Positions 51,201-57,748 of a stretch of DNA of 64,000 bases are shown here, piece after piece; the stretch's first letter is position 1; each line of letters opens with the position of its first letter. Made by a program: the position numbers and the translations under genes. The notes beneath the pieces were generated by a model. It had not been told where the DNA came from. It saw only the letters and a program-made list of their open reading frames with translations, and did not search any database. This stretch comes from a virus (taxonomy: Duplodnaviria; Caudoviricetes). The DNA is taken from positions 751 to 64,750 of the IMG/VR virus record IMGVR_UViG_3300042453_002790, one strand, 5' to 3'.

Positions 51201-53045
51201 TCCAGTTGTTACTCCTGAAGATGCTTCTGGTTGATAATAAATTAATTCTCCACTTAAGAAATTATGGTTCTGGACATTAAACGTATCTGTTACAGCTACT
51301 CCTACGTCTGTTGATACAGTTATTTTATTATCTGTTGAGAATATAGTATAGTTAGGTAATCCCGATGAAGTTACATAGAAATACTCTTCCGATGTATCAA
51401 TATACGTATTTTGAACTCCAGAAGGTATAGAATCAAGATTATCAAAATAATTATTATAATGATTGGATTTATAAATCTTTTTCTTTATTGATGTAGATCC
51501 AAGAACATTAAAAGATCCTGGATTAATTATTTGGACTAAAACTGTTGAACTATACTTTTTGATTACATCTGAAACGGAATATTCAATAGAAACAATATTA
51601 GCTTCTACAGTTTCCCCAAGAGAATTCTGCAATAAAATTACTTCACCAGTGTAAAAATAAATTTTATCAAATAAGTTAATTCTATACTTAGTAGAATTAA
51701 CTTGAGATATTGTCCTAATGTTATGATTGGTTGGTAGATTATAAATCCAACTATTAAATTCATACCTATCAAATAGATCCTTACCAAAACCGGATAGGGA
51801 AATGGTATCTCCGACTCTTAAGTTTGATGTTTTGGAAAAATCAATGTTATCAATAACATTAACAACTCTAAATTCTACTTTGGAAGTATTACCTACTCCA
51901 ATATAACTAAAAGCAAATTTTTCTTCAATTAGGTCTAAACCAAAATCCAGAGGTTTAGTTACATTCGTAACTCCGGTAAATTGGTTAATAGTTTTTCCAT
52001 TATAATTAATTGTTATAAAGTCAGAATTTTGCGGTTTTACTAAGATTGATCCAGAATTAGCAAATCCCACCGTAGAATCTACAAGGATAGTATCACTATT
52101 TGGATTTACACTTTCCAATATTCTAGTTTTACCCGACGCTTGAAAACTTCCACTAAATGAAGTACTGTCCAAAGAAATTTCATAGAAATCTTTGTCAGCT
52201 ACTGGTCTATATTCAACGTTAAAAATAGAAGCACTTACTGTTCCAATTCCCGGTATATCCTGGAATAAGAAATTACCTTTGATATCTATAGGATTTCCAC
52301 CAGAAATTTTTTCTACAAGAATATTTTTGGTTATGAAATAAGAATTTGATGATGGAGATAATGTAAAATCTTGGGGTTTTATAATTTCAATATCAGATCC
52401 ATACAAGATCTTAAATAAAAGTTTGTATGATTGATCAGTTCCTTTAGAAGAATATAGATCTTTAATTTTATATGATATATTTTCTATAGATATATTTTCA
52501 GAAAAGTTTCTTGACTCAAATCCTGGCAAAAACTCATATTTAAATCTTTCGAAAAACTTATTTAAAAATAAATTACTTAAATTATGAACTACATCTCCAC
52601 TAGAATGTTCCGAAGCTTGAGTAGAGGAAAATACTACAAATTCTGGGTTATCTAATGATTCTAAATTTTCAATTCCACTGAATCCTCTGATACAATTTTC
52701 AAACGAAGTATCAGTTTTTGAAAGATATGTGATAATCTCATCATTTATTTTTAATAATCCGTAAGAATCCGGCCAACCTTTGGTGGAGGTTACAGTTATT
52801 GTCTGATCAAAACTTAAAAGGTCAGAAGTTAAAGTAGTTTCTGCAATTAAATCAATATTATTAAATTTTTTAGAATTTTTGTATTGACTTATATTGGATA
52901 TGATGTCAATAGAACCAGATTGATGTTCCAGTGATTTATAATATTGATCGAGAAACTCCACAAGAAGAGGTGACTCTACTGTTAAAAATTCTGGAATTTG
53001 GGATTCTATGATAGAACCAATTTTTACTCTTTTAATTTCTGACAT
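39240..53045 (-). CDS. gp7: Baseplate wedge initiator, giant multidomain form
   Basis: 4601 aa between gp6 and gp8; IESQIPEF, IKDLYSSKGT..SYKLLFKILY, HSPILGYAYDGNPIYGPY..GDLDQHNGRF..TPEYPNG.YAYF, DNFYYQKFSYSIK...W...V..ILHPSGFK. Confidence 0.85.
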   Translation of the reverse strand: MSEIKRVKIGSIIESQIPEFLTVESPLLVEFLDQYYKSLEHQSGSIDIISNISQYKNSKKFNNIDLIAETTLTSDLLSFDQTITVTSTKGWPDSYGLLKINDEIITYLSKTDTSFENCIRGFSGIENLESLDNPEFVVFSSTQASEHSSGDVVHNLSNLFLNKFFERFKYEFLPGFESRNFSENISIENISYKIKDLYSSKGTDQSYKLLFKILYGSDIEIIKPQDFTLSPSSNSYFITKNILVEKISGGNPIDIKGNFLFQDIPGIGTVSASIFNVEYRPVADKDFYEISLDSTSFSGSFQASGKTRILESVNPNSDTILVDSTVGFANSGSILVKPQNSDFITINYNGKTINQFTGVTNVTKPLDFGLDLIEEKFAFSYIGVGNTSKVEFRVVNVIDNIDFSKTSNLRVGDTISLSGFGKDLFDRYEFNSWIYNLPTNHNIRTISQVNSTKYRINLFDKIYFYTGEVILLQNSLGETVEANIVSIEYSVSDVIKKYSSTVLVQIINPGSFNVLGSTSIKKKIYKSNHYNNYFDNLDSIPSGVQNTYIDTSEEYFYVTSSGLPNYTIFSTDNKITVSTDVGVAVTDTFNVQNHNFLSGELIYYQPEASSGVTTGLYYITRIDSTKLKLSYSKSDIFSKKYIQVSSPVTNDVIFKSGYENKTLTHQKLLKKFPFNKTKVLFDDLNKRTTFNRELGMLINGVEILSPTLFDENIYYGSISSIDVTNSGEDYDVIDVPSLDVKDVSGSGVKAHLNISGSIREVKILNAGYGYQEKPKITIVGGNGKGCILESNFVTTRVSAGFKADLNVSTADNTIQFLNSIPFEDGEEIVYDSNKNNNIPGIVDNSIYFVGILTDNKIKLFNNKTDALQKINEIDIVGVSSGFHFITTLKNKNTFTKIYVKNPGEGYSNRRVKVPSILSGDNRTSGINTFDSYIFAKNHGFSDGEYVTYNYSNTPISGLTSSVYYKVGIIDVNKFRLYDAGFSTSLNDENYIKNKFVKLNSLGIGTHTISYPPIEIKIESKSAVGSTTIITPELNPIVLGSIEDVYLEDGGIGYGCTNIVNYHRRPDVGISSITSEAILKPIIIDGSIVDVQIINRGRGFRKNSEIVVSGEGKYAQLEPIVEDGRLAAVNIVFGGVGYETANTILTLKNRGRNAKFLTNVTEWKINQVVKSKNIISPDDDGILHASKNPELELQFITFYVPKKLRYQLSDNFTEDNKENTGILNHSPILGYAYDGNPIYGPYAYDTTTGGFIRRMNPGYVLDIDLTSGKRPPLFEAGFFINDYVYDGSGDLDQHNGRFAITPEYPNGVYAYFSTIEVSASNQSVPRYPYLIGPYFYNNPISENFLPSYNQNSNVFTTNLSRNVGPYYLNRANSSYDLIDTVLDEYKQEFSVTSINSGKIEDVSIFSAGDNYKINDPVDVDISNTDGIQSNIVVSELEGREIESFTLSEDLIENVELFVKVPDTVITATAPHGIKNDQPVLISGISTITSSKFEGIKFVKVAEKESELMADIDSVGVTGVSTFIMLKDISGFKVNDFVGIGSEVLLITGIDPRRSGFYVNRLQNTGIHTVGVDNAVLLPREFKIPTGEVKDITLENYTTFFDPKISIGIGSTGSVITTVGLGTTTSVNQFIPTRSIYLPGHKFFTGQPLLYNSGSSGVGGTSLYVNNVGSAVSIKLHDNQVVYAVNLGKDYIGLSTIGFTSSTGIGTNLNSVEFWDQTKSYGVIGAAHSLTTLNQKITGNVQKILGIVTTTSNHNLNVGDIIKFNVSTDYNEVVKVIFDPVNRKVLMREVEFSDTDVILSKSSIDISSYTGNIETGDKVVYVSQFPINGLTNYGVYYVSKTDLNSIQLCKYRSDIEESNFITFSSIGGSTHKLYFVNPQISCIRTTKIEFDLSDPSLSNLDLQFYYDVNFVERINERTGFFVTREGIAGSPDAKVILDLSSQFFPIYYNLFTKGSSDESKNQISTDFDVISNNKISIINHQLNTTFVVNTVPDDRTFTFYNDKKLTSIERQILVQSLTNFSYKTTSTSALGPISKLKINFPGRGYKKLPNVREVRSVSGTNAVVKLTSPTIGRVESFDRVKDGFDYPTDPTLSPSLSVPTIIGVKNIRTIDYVGIVTGGRRYNSPPKLVVKDDTNGIELSANISGGSITSVDIITNSTSISSPFEIIPIYNSNGYEIDTISFVGDLVTLELSNIAGLNPFLPIGYGKTEYIYPFKIGDKIFIENCRLTDATSDQANFNSSSYNYTFFDVVGVNTVNNTVTYDMSGISTGSFGTYNDEFNLGVVINKNDMPVFEMILKDDVSYKSNERVSSPRFSGVVMENGWDNDLNQMRLKNVSGEVTVGAKIFGETSKISGTIEYFDVFNLPATLGVSRDKTSSIDFSSGILNDYSQRISDNFYYQKFSYSIKGNIPYNVWRESVRSILHPSGFKEFSDLEILTKPTLNEVNLGIAKSSDMKPRLSTSDSFTFINVDEVISLNTKKNFARVYEEDLLEDGSIQDVFFEEGIDLSSYILNKTNKVISVDDISDQFNGTSEQELRGRFADASDLLDLNREFIQEEVVSFVEFNYPNIGLSTTYNRDKCKRDVGFIVDAISHDIKYNSNNKSVESGVYYWDAGVSYVTNETEETLFAYNYVKFLSQYIINNQSPPTLYQSSVDQEFNFNLIPDPTNPNSNRYKDSRNLILANKKEILDKSLASVAIGFSDFYFPGDTQTNSRSRYYDGYRLIQQNRQEIVDTAWANTLSVYPGISTTISKCKRDLGYFVDAVSTDIFTGGNKYSREFTLQYFNNGSPISNGLVGEEAESIFAFCQARDLMRSAVRNGLTIKDLTITAGQPTYGIGTTVGITSVAACTDVQLNIVNLVGIITSVISLGTTTLLPVVNVGSYTTGGNKCYRDLGYIVDSVAQDLAYGTNQHIIYSTKKYFTGAGAALTTGLLGEESESIYAFESAKNYIKKAITNQLNVKDLTITADPLTGFNTDPLSCADVQSNVDTLVGILTVAIGSSSLSGIPTENYGTTDCSDVRSAIGNYVGIITTIIGLGTDFAPIITYPSLTRGGSVVGLTTFKLKNKGTSLFKHQFNGNSVNIINDTITIQNHNFQSGQELIYTYGGGTPIGIGSTSYASGELDTLIQVNEFDGTAIFENGYNVAITTSISGTVPNGIPFDIVVYSQVIGVNTTGFGTDAEFDATISYDSLGVYLDSTLVLRKGGKGYNIGEQVSISGTYFGGTSPTNDLSFIVSKTGPTVIQSEANQSYLSVPSSDLSGATFDISRNNDGEIEYVKVLNGGSGYDSNSVISIAGTYIGGSSSIDDLSFKPLELGTKNLPRSVFVFKLNDNQFKLSGFSTSVFFNLTDIGTATHYLEYKDPNASIIVTVDGIIQKALSRKSLSVSFASSVSTASTTILDISSGISSLSINDIINIDDELVSIRNIGITSSNQIEVIRGYFGSVASSHTIGAAATVLNGDFNVVGDVIYFDTAPYGKIGPVGLETGSIFSARAFSRKFDPSVTIDKNILLDDISLSFTGIAATEFTAKSQGQTTNVLFNDVNSITEINNNPIVLINNVFQSPTSDYTVDGSGVNVLRFLSGTPNSGKISKVGVSSSFGYSPRIGAAVTVVVSAAGTISNIIVTGGGSGYRNAPVISIASTIGTGASITATVSAAGTISGFTIVNAGSGYTSTSLPEVRIGIPTGYSNLSLGYTGGTSGVGQNAKLTVEVGMGSSIISYKFDQPGVGYKVGDKLSPIGIPTNTGVIFEPFVITVEEIETDSFSGFYPGQFIQFDDISQFFNGFRRKFTLSTTLNGVRQIVGLKVPDGTDLDLTNNIFIYLNDVLQVPNVSYTFSGTRVTFTEPPKSGSKCDILYYRGSSVDVELIDPPKTIKPGDKITIQENPRDLFDISQFDRVVKKITSSDQLETFNYYSVGIITDSTRVRPLTWEKQLSDTVISGSLYSKARPSLKSNIRPFATVIKKIQPDDASIYVDNAYPLFNDVDSLSEDIRDLVILENKTIEPCLVESVVSTSSTISSINIIDGGIGYANTQSPKVIISETFISKKDPIFNWTGGVGLTTTYDLKSIKYKDKFVSVGSSSVYVTSFDGINWEVGTVGFGQSSDFNSIEVVGIGTSNLLVSVGTLGKIIKATDFGTTISSWVEIPLLEDITVPGFGVVNRVGSSYTGTFNQIAYSSVVDSWVAVGAGGSIFVGAGIVTDSFVNRYSETLSDLNSVSFGAEYFVAVGNDGVIRTSNNGTIWEFVTSPVSSNLNKVIYADGKFVAVGDSGVVLQSINRNLYTIVSNNLGSQNIENIYYNYGFYVITTSTGEIYYSFDLSNWIYRSTLQSKFINDVIFVDSVGTDGRYIAVGSGGTAIHAEPIFNRATAVSSVTGGIVTSIQVDNPGFGYDINNPPPVIVEFDTYKTELIRSFKVLGDHGILVGVQTYITGTPGIGTTSPKISFVLKSEQYDNSTLGVGYSALNAYGITYSQLSKGDYFVITDSNVETLHNLVGISTALGGMSNYPNSIVGVATQFLDGVYLVEDVTSPSLGIVTVTCNVAPKSPTENYVQVFPRGENDTGINTNGYYGRYSWAKIYDYQNRVLDNPQSFDVFVDNGITGMSSSPKVLRTRSVVSQ

Positions 53046-53046
53046 T

Positions 53047-54921
53047 TTATCTTGTATACTTTCCGTTTAGATAACTAGATGTAGTGACATATTGTGTTGC
53101 AGAAGAATTTTCACCAGAGCTTACAACATCTTCTACAATATTTACCACAGAATTTTTAACGTCTAATTGCAAGTATAGATCTTGAAGACCTATAATATCA
53201 TTGGAATCTGGAATTGCTTGAACTTCGATAAATCCATTATTTAAAACAGAACCAGTTATATTGACAACATCTAATCTAATTTCACCTCTAATATAATCAA
53301 CAGTTCCAGCATTATTTTTAATAATAACAGGTAAATTATTTTCCAATTTAAAGAAAAATATAATTCCTGTGTTTTTATTTGATGAAGTTGGAGAATCCGA
53401 CATATAAAGAACATCAGTTATTCCATTGATAAAGAATCCTGTAGATTTTATGGAATACCCACCATCTCTAGTATGTATTCGATTTCCAAAACAAAGTTCA
53501 TAAGTTGCAAAAGTGTTTATTTCGGGATTTAAGTCCCTTCTCATTTTAACTTTTGTTATATTAGAAGTAACTGATTTATCGCAATCGTCAATTAATCCAA
53601 CTACTTTACTGTATTTAAATCTACCACCAAAGCTGTTTACATCCTTTGAGTTGGAATATTCAGTTAAAGTGTCAATTACTTTAGTTTTTACTATTTCTGG
53701 ATTACTTAGTAAATTTGCATTATAGTAAACTGAGGTATCTAATTCAATATAAAGATATGATAAATCTATAATTTCGGGTCTAATTCCGGCTATAGAATAT
53801 TTTTTAATAGTATTTAAAATGGTCTGTTTTGTAATTTCAGACAAGAAAGTTCCGTTTCTAGGTTTTATGGAGATAAAAACTTTTCCATATTCTGGTGGTT
53901 CTAGTTCATCTCCACCATAAGCATTCACAGATTCTACGTTTGGATAGATATATGGAACTAATGCCTTGTAATCATTTGAAGTTACAGCACGATACTGAGA
54001 GGCGTATACTTTTGGAGAGAAGTATTTAATGGAATCTATGGATTCAATTTCATCACCACTTTCAGATTTCGACTGAGTTATCAACAGAGAAATTCCAGAT
54101 GTAACATCAAATAAATTATTATCTTTTAATCTACCAGAAAATGTAAAGTTTGAAGCTCCATTACCAGAAGAACCATTTGTAACAATATAACTGACTTCTA
54201 TAGTGCTACCATTTTCTGGTTTTTTACCTATTATATTATCTCCAAATCTAATTTCATATTTTGCATCATCTACTTCTTGAATCAAGAATATTCTTGAATC
54301 TTTACCAACATCCAATATACTATCATAAGCAGAATAAACTTCTGTTACCTGATTTGTAACTTTAACTCTAATAGAAGTTGTATCAATATTAATGTTAGGT
54401 AATATAAATCTTTGATTTGTTTGCGATTGATCTACTGTAAATGTACTTGTGAGAAATATTCCTTCATAGATGGGCAAATTATCAAAAATAGCTATGCCAT
54501 CTGTGTTAACAGGTGTTGTGATATCTTCGGGAATTGAAAAAATATAATTACCATTTGATACTGCACCAAGAGCAACTTGACCGGCCAGTAACTTTACAGT
54601 TCGAGCATCAGTTTGACTCATATCGACTGTAAAACTAACATTTGCTCTAGCAGATCTTTTTGATCTTGGCAAATAACCAATATTTCTAGCGAGTGATACT
54701 ACATTTTCCCTGAGTGTTGCACTCTCCAAAAATATTTCATTAACTGCCATATTGGTATTATAGGCAGTTATGTAGCTATTGTAAGCTAATAAATCTATTA
54801 AAACTGAAAAATTAGACCCCTCAAAATCAAAATCTGTAAAATTTTGATTTGCACGCAAATAATCCTTGATCTGAGTCCTTAGATCACTGAAGTCTAAATT
54901 TGTAAATTGATTAAATGACAT
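53047..54921 (-). CDS. gp6: Baseplate wedge subunit
   Basis: LDFSDLRTQIKDYLR...FTDFDFEGSNFSVLIDLLAYN, FLESATLRENVVSLARNIGY.PRS, YEIRFGD, Q.RAVT..DY, PPEYGKVFISIKP. Confidence 0.95.
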   Translation of the reverse strand: MSFNQFTNLDFSDLRTQIKDYLRANQNFTDFDFEGSNFSVLIDLLAYNSYITAYNTNMAVNEIFLESATLRENVVSLARNIGYLPRSKRSARANVSFTVDMSQTDARTVKLLAGQVALGAVSNGNYIFSIPEDITTPVNTDGIAIFDNLPIYEGIFLTSTFTVDQSQTNQRFILPNINIDTTSIRVKVTNQVTEVYSAYDSILDVGKDSRIFLIQEVDDAKYEIRFGDNIIGKKPENGSTIEVSYIVTNGSSGNGASNFTFSGRLKDNNLFDVTSGISLLITQSKSESGDEIESIDSIKYFSPKVYASQYRAVTSNDYKALVPYIYPNVESVNAYGGDELEPPEYGKVFISIKPRNGTFLSEITKQTILNTIKKYSIAGIRPEIIDLSYLYIELDTSVYYNANLLSNPEIVKTKVIDTLTEYSNSKDVNSFGGRFKYSKVVGLIDDCDKSVTSNITKVKMRRDLNPEINTFATYELCFGNRIHTRDGGYSIKSTGFFINGITDVLYMSDSPTSSNKNTGIIFFFKLENNLPVIIKNNAGTVDYIRGEIRLDVVNITGSVLNNGFIEVQAIPDSNDIIGLQDLYLQLDVKNSVVNIVEDVVSSGENSSATQYVTTSSYLNGKYTR

Positions 54922-55319
54922 TAGACTCTAGTAGGTTGTAGTATAAAATCTACCGTTTGAGGTGGAACAGGAAGTCCAATAACATTATATGCAATTCTTA
55001 CATTGAGTTCATTAGAATCTTCTGGATATGTTACCAAAACTGAAGATAAAGAAATTCTCGGTTCAAAATTTTTCAAAAGAGTTCTAATATCCAACTCCAA
55101 AGAATAAGATATTTCCGGAGTTTGCAATTCAAACATAGAATCTTCAATTTTTGATCCTATTAATGAATTAAAAAATCTTTCTCCAATTCTAGTTCTAACT
55201 AGATTAACAATGGATTTCTTAATTGCATCAGAATCATTAATTGTAAGGATATCATTAGTTACAGGATTCCTCACAAAAGAGAGACTTATGTCTTTAAATT
55301 TGCGAGAAATCCTAGTCAT
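54921..55319 (-). CDS. gp25: Baseplate wedge subunit
   Basis: FKDISLSF..NPVTND...AIKKSI.NLV.T..GERFFN..IGS...NFEPRI. Confidence 0.93.
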   Translation of the reverse strand: MTRISRKFKDISLSFVRNPVTNDILTINDSDAIKKSIVNLVRTRIGERFFNSLIGSKIEDSMFELQTPEISYSLELDIRTLLKNFEPRISLSSVLVTYPEDSNELNVRIAYNVIGLPVPPQTVDFILQPTRV

Positions 55320-55359
55320 TACTCAAACTAAGGGTATTTATTATATGTATAAGACATTT

Positions 55360-55599
55360 TTACCACTTTTTTCCATAGGTTGGCTCTGTTCCATAATCCC
55401 AATCATCGTAATCTTCATCATTACGAATCTTCTCATGCAATTCAGTTTGTTTTTTTAGATCATGATGTGGTGCAAGATCGTGCATAACCTCTTGAATGAC
55501 ATGTTTTGATGGAGTGACTCCATAATCGGTGATCAAAGATGTGGTTCCCCACATTCTTCTCATGTATTCAGCGTCTCTATCTACTGGTAGGTTTGACAT
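55360..55599 (-). CDS. Conserved hypothetical protein upstream of gp25
   Basis: 79 aa, MWGT..LITDY, HEKIRNDEDYDDW.YGTEP.YG; AGGAG RBS. Confidence 0.75.
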   Translation of the reverse strand: MSNLPVDRDAEYMRRMWGTTSLITDYGVTPSKHVIQEVMHDLAPHHDLKKQTELHEKIRNDEDYDDWDYGTEPTYGKKW

Positions 55600-55608
55600 T
55601 TTTAGCTC

Positions 55609-55656
55609 CTGATTAAAAAATCAGAACTTTTTACGGGGTTGCTATCCCGAAAAGTC
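55609..55656 (-). promoter_or_regulatory. Two-hairpin structured RNA leader adjoining the RBS
   Basis: GACUUUU-CGGG-AUAGCAAC-CCCG-UA-AAAAGUU then CUGAUU-UUU-AAUCAG-GAG. Confidence 0.5.
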
Positions 55657-55825
55657 AACCTTCTTCCTTAAGTTTATTTGCGTAATCATCCATAGACATC
55701 TGTTTCAAATGAGGCATGTAATTTACTGCAATATTATACAATTCTTTTTCAACATCATAGAGGTATTTTTCAGAAACACCATCACTACCCTTTTTGTGAG
55801 TGTCTGGTTTATTGTTCAGATCCAT
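55655..55825 (-). CDS. Small hypothetical protein (56 aa)
   Basis: Manually translated MDLNNKPDTHKKGSDGVSEKYLYDVEKELYNIAVNYMPHLKQMSMDDYANKLKEEG; GGAGG 6 nt upstream; fills the gap between neighbouring genes. Confidence 0.6.
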   Translation of the reverse strand: MDLNNKPDTHKKGSDGVSEKYLYDVEKELYNIAVNYMPHLKQMSMDDYANKLKEEG

Positions 55826-56294
55826 TTTTATCCTCCTTAGTATTTTTTTCTATATATTCGTAATCATCACCTAAAATTTCTTTGAGATATTCGTCTGTCC
55901 AATAAGAATAATAGTCGCTTTCAATCAATTTTTTGCGAATTGCACTCAATTTTTTCTTGGATTGACATAAAATTAAGTTAAATTTCTCGTTATTGGTCCT
56001 TACACCACCTATAAATGTGTCTCTAGTGGATAAATCTGAGAAAAATTTGTAATATGTAAACTTTTCATTATATACTTTTACCCATTTTTCGACCTGATCC
56101 GATCTCCAAAAGTCCTCAACAATAAAAATGATGACATCATACCCTGATTCGGGTACAATATCATCAATTGAAGTTTCTACAATTAAAGTTTTGGAGGTAG
56201 AAGCATATGGGCAAACTGCAAATCCACCCAATTCAGGTCTATTTTTGGATACTTCTTGTATCCACTTATGAATATATGCTTCTTTTTCTGTCAT
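55809..56294 (-). CDS. Hypothetical protein (DUF1415-like N-terminus)
   Basis: WIQEVSK.RPELGGFAVCPYA; start moved to MTEKEAY, one base after the stop of the upstream 51-aa ORF. Confidence 0.65.
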   Translation of the reverse strand: MTEKEAYIHKWIQEVSKNRPELGGFAVCPYASTSKTLIVETSIDDIVPESGYDVIIFIVEDFWRSDQVEKWVKVYNEKFTYYKFFSDLSTRDTFIGGVRTNNEKFNLILCQSKKKLSAIRKKLIESDYYSYWTDEYLKEILGDDYEYIEKNTKEDKNGSEQ

Positions 56295-56295
56295 A

Positions 56296-56451
56296 TCATC
56301 CTGCAGCGAGAGGTGAAGCGGGATTTGGTTTAGCTGGAGCAACAGTTTTTGCGTTAGCTGCTACATTATAGTCAAATACTTTTGCAGTTTCAATCGTTAC
56401 CTCAGGAGCGTCTGCTGCAGTTGGTCCTACTTTTGGTGATGTTTCTGACAT
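56296..56451 (-). CDS. Small Ala/Pro-rich hypothetical protein (51 aa)
   Basis: Manually translated MSETSPKVGPTAADAPEVTIETAKVFDYNVAANAKTVAPAKPNPASPLAAG; CTAAATA at 56477-56483. Confidence 0.62.
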   Translation of the reverse strand: MSETSPKVGPTAADAPEVTIETAKVFDYNVAANAKTVAPAKPNPASPLAAG

Positions 56452-56488
56452 TTTTATCTATGTAATGATTTAGAATTATTTAGATTTT

Positions 56489-56632
56489 TTATTTACCCTG
56501 ACCACGGTACTTTTTCTTAGCAACATTACGACTAGTTGCAGCACATTTAGTATGTTTACCCATTCCCTGACGAGTTTTCTTAGGAGTGGATTCAATTACA
56601 ACCTTACCACCAGATGATTTTTTTACTGCCAT
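56489..56632 (-). CDS. Small highly basic protein ending KKYRGQGK (47 aa)
   Basis: Manually translated MAVKKSSGGKVVIESTPKKTRQGMGKHTKCAATSRNVAKKKYRGQGK; GAGG RBS; I recognise this as a conserved cyanomyovirus family. Confidence 0.8.
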   Translation of the reverse strand: MAVKKSSGGKVVIESTPKKTRQGMGKHTKCAATSRNVAKKKYRGQGK

Positions 56633-56721
56633 TTCAATACCTCACAATTGGTTTTATTTTCGCGCCGAAATTTGTCTTTTAACGCGCCGAACATAAGTTT
56701 CTAAAGGGGGGAAAACCCGTA

Positions 56722-57474
56722 TCAGATAATACGAGTTTTCTCATGCCCCACACGGATCTTAGGATCACACCAGATCTCATAACCCGCTGCCTTTGCGTCA
56801 AGACAGAACGATACGTCTTCTCCACACATATCTTGAACTTCTCCAGAGTCAAATACCTGCATCTTAGGAGCGAACCAGGGGTACTCTAGGGACTCGAAGA
56901 CACCGTTCTTGATCAGAACCCAACCAAACCCCGTATAGTCCACTGTAAAGGGTTTACGGCGCTTTGTCATGGTATCTCCCGTCTCATGATTCATAACACC
57001 GCCATTGTTCTTGAAGTCGTCTTCTTCAAGCCAATGAGCAACAGAAGTGGTATGACCATCTTCAGTCATGTACCATCCTGCAGCAATATCCTTATCCATT
57101 GCAACAAGACGATAGAACTGTTCAGTATTGAAAACGATATCATTATCAATCCAAAGTTGGTAGTCATAATTCAGACGACCATCCCAGGGAATTTGTTTTG
57201 GGCCACGAAGAACGTTTGCACCAAGAACTTTGCATCGTGCAAAGTTAACCATGGAAGAGTAGTCCTGTGAAATTTGAATGGCTGCACCATTCTGGACTAG
57301 ATCAAAACAGAGTTGAACAAAGTTCTTGAGAAAGATGTAAGAACATCCGCGACCAGGAAGACAAAATACGATACTTTTGCCACGAATCATCTCCTTTGCG
57401 GCATTAAGATCAAAATCATCTTCACTCTTTTTAGGAGTTGGAGTTGTAGCTTTAATTGTAAATCCTTTTGACAT
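56722..57474 (-). CDS. Glycosyltransferase-like protein (GT-A fold), conserved in cyanophages
   Basis: SMVNFARCK, YDYQLWIDNDIVF (DxD), VDYTGFGWVLIK..VFE.LEYPWF, GEDVSFC, VGHEK. Confidence 0.8.
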   Translation of the reverse strand: MSKGFTIKATTPTPKKSEDDFDLNAAKEMIRGKSIVFCLPGRGCSYIFLKNFVQLCFDLVQNGAAIQISQDYSSMVNFARCKVLGANVLRGPKQIPWDGRLNYDYQLWIDNDIVFNTEQFYRLVAMDKDIAAGWYMTEDGHTTSVAHWLEEDDFKNNGGVMNHETGDTMTKRRKPFTVDYTGFGWVLIKNGVFESLEYPWFAPKMQVFDSGEVQDMCGEDVSFCLDAKAAGYEIWCDPKIRVGHEKTRII

Positions 57475-57497
57475 AAAATTAGAATAGCGACGTTATT

Positions 57498-57526
57498 ATT
57501 CTACCACCACAAGTCAATTCATGCAA
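57498..57526 (-). promoter_or_regulatory. Sigma70-like promoter for the GT-A gene
   Basis: TTGCAT-17 nt-TAGAAT with an extended -10 TG. Confidence 0.55.
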
Positions 57527-57555
57527 TGGTTTCTGGTTTATTTAGAAGTATTTTT

Positions 57556-57705
57556 TCAAACACATTCTTCTTCAATCTTGACCAATAAATCTTCAATTTC
57601 ATTTTTGAGAGAGTCATTGATCACAAGAATTTTATCAGTATCTAACCGATGTTGAATGCAATCAATTAATAGATCCTTTTCCTGATAATCCAACTTAAGT
57701 TCCAT
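57556..57705 (-). CDS. Small hypothetical protein (49 aa)
   Basis: Manually translated MELKLDYQEKDLLIDCIQHRLDTDKILVINDSLKNEIEDLLVKIEEECV. Confidence 0.55.
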   Translation of the reverse strand: MELKLDYQEKDLLIDCIQHRLDTDKILVINDSLKNEIEDLLVKIEEECV

Positions 57706-57748
57706 ATATTCATCTAGATTGATTTCAAAAATTATATATGATTTTTAA

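Noticed and set aside
39240-53045. Intein or intron accounting for the size of gp7
   Set aside because: Continuous ORF with no splicing or homing-endonuclease motifs noticed; the extra length is structural repeats
973-55458. Many 60-160 aa plus-strand ORFs and alternate-frame ORFs inside structural genes (e.g. 1801-2121, 20668-21153, 46408-46719)
   Set aside because: They lie antisense to or within well-supported genes and show no recognisable motifs; best explained as shadows of codon bias
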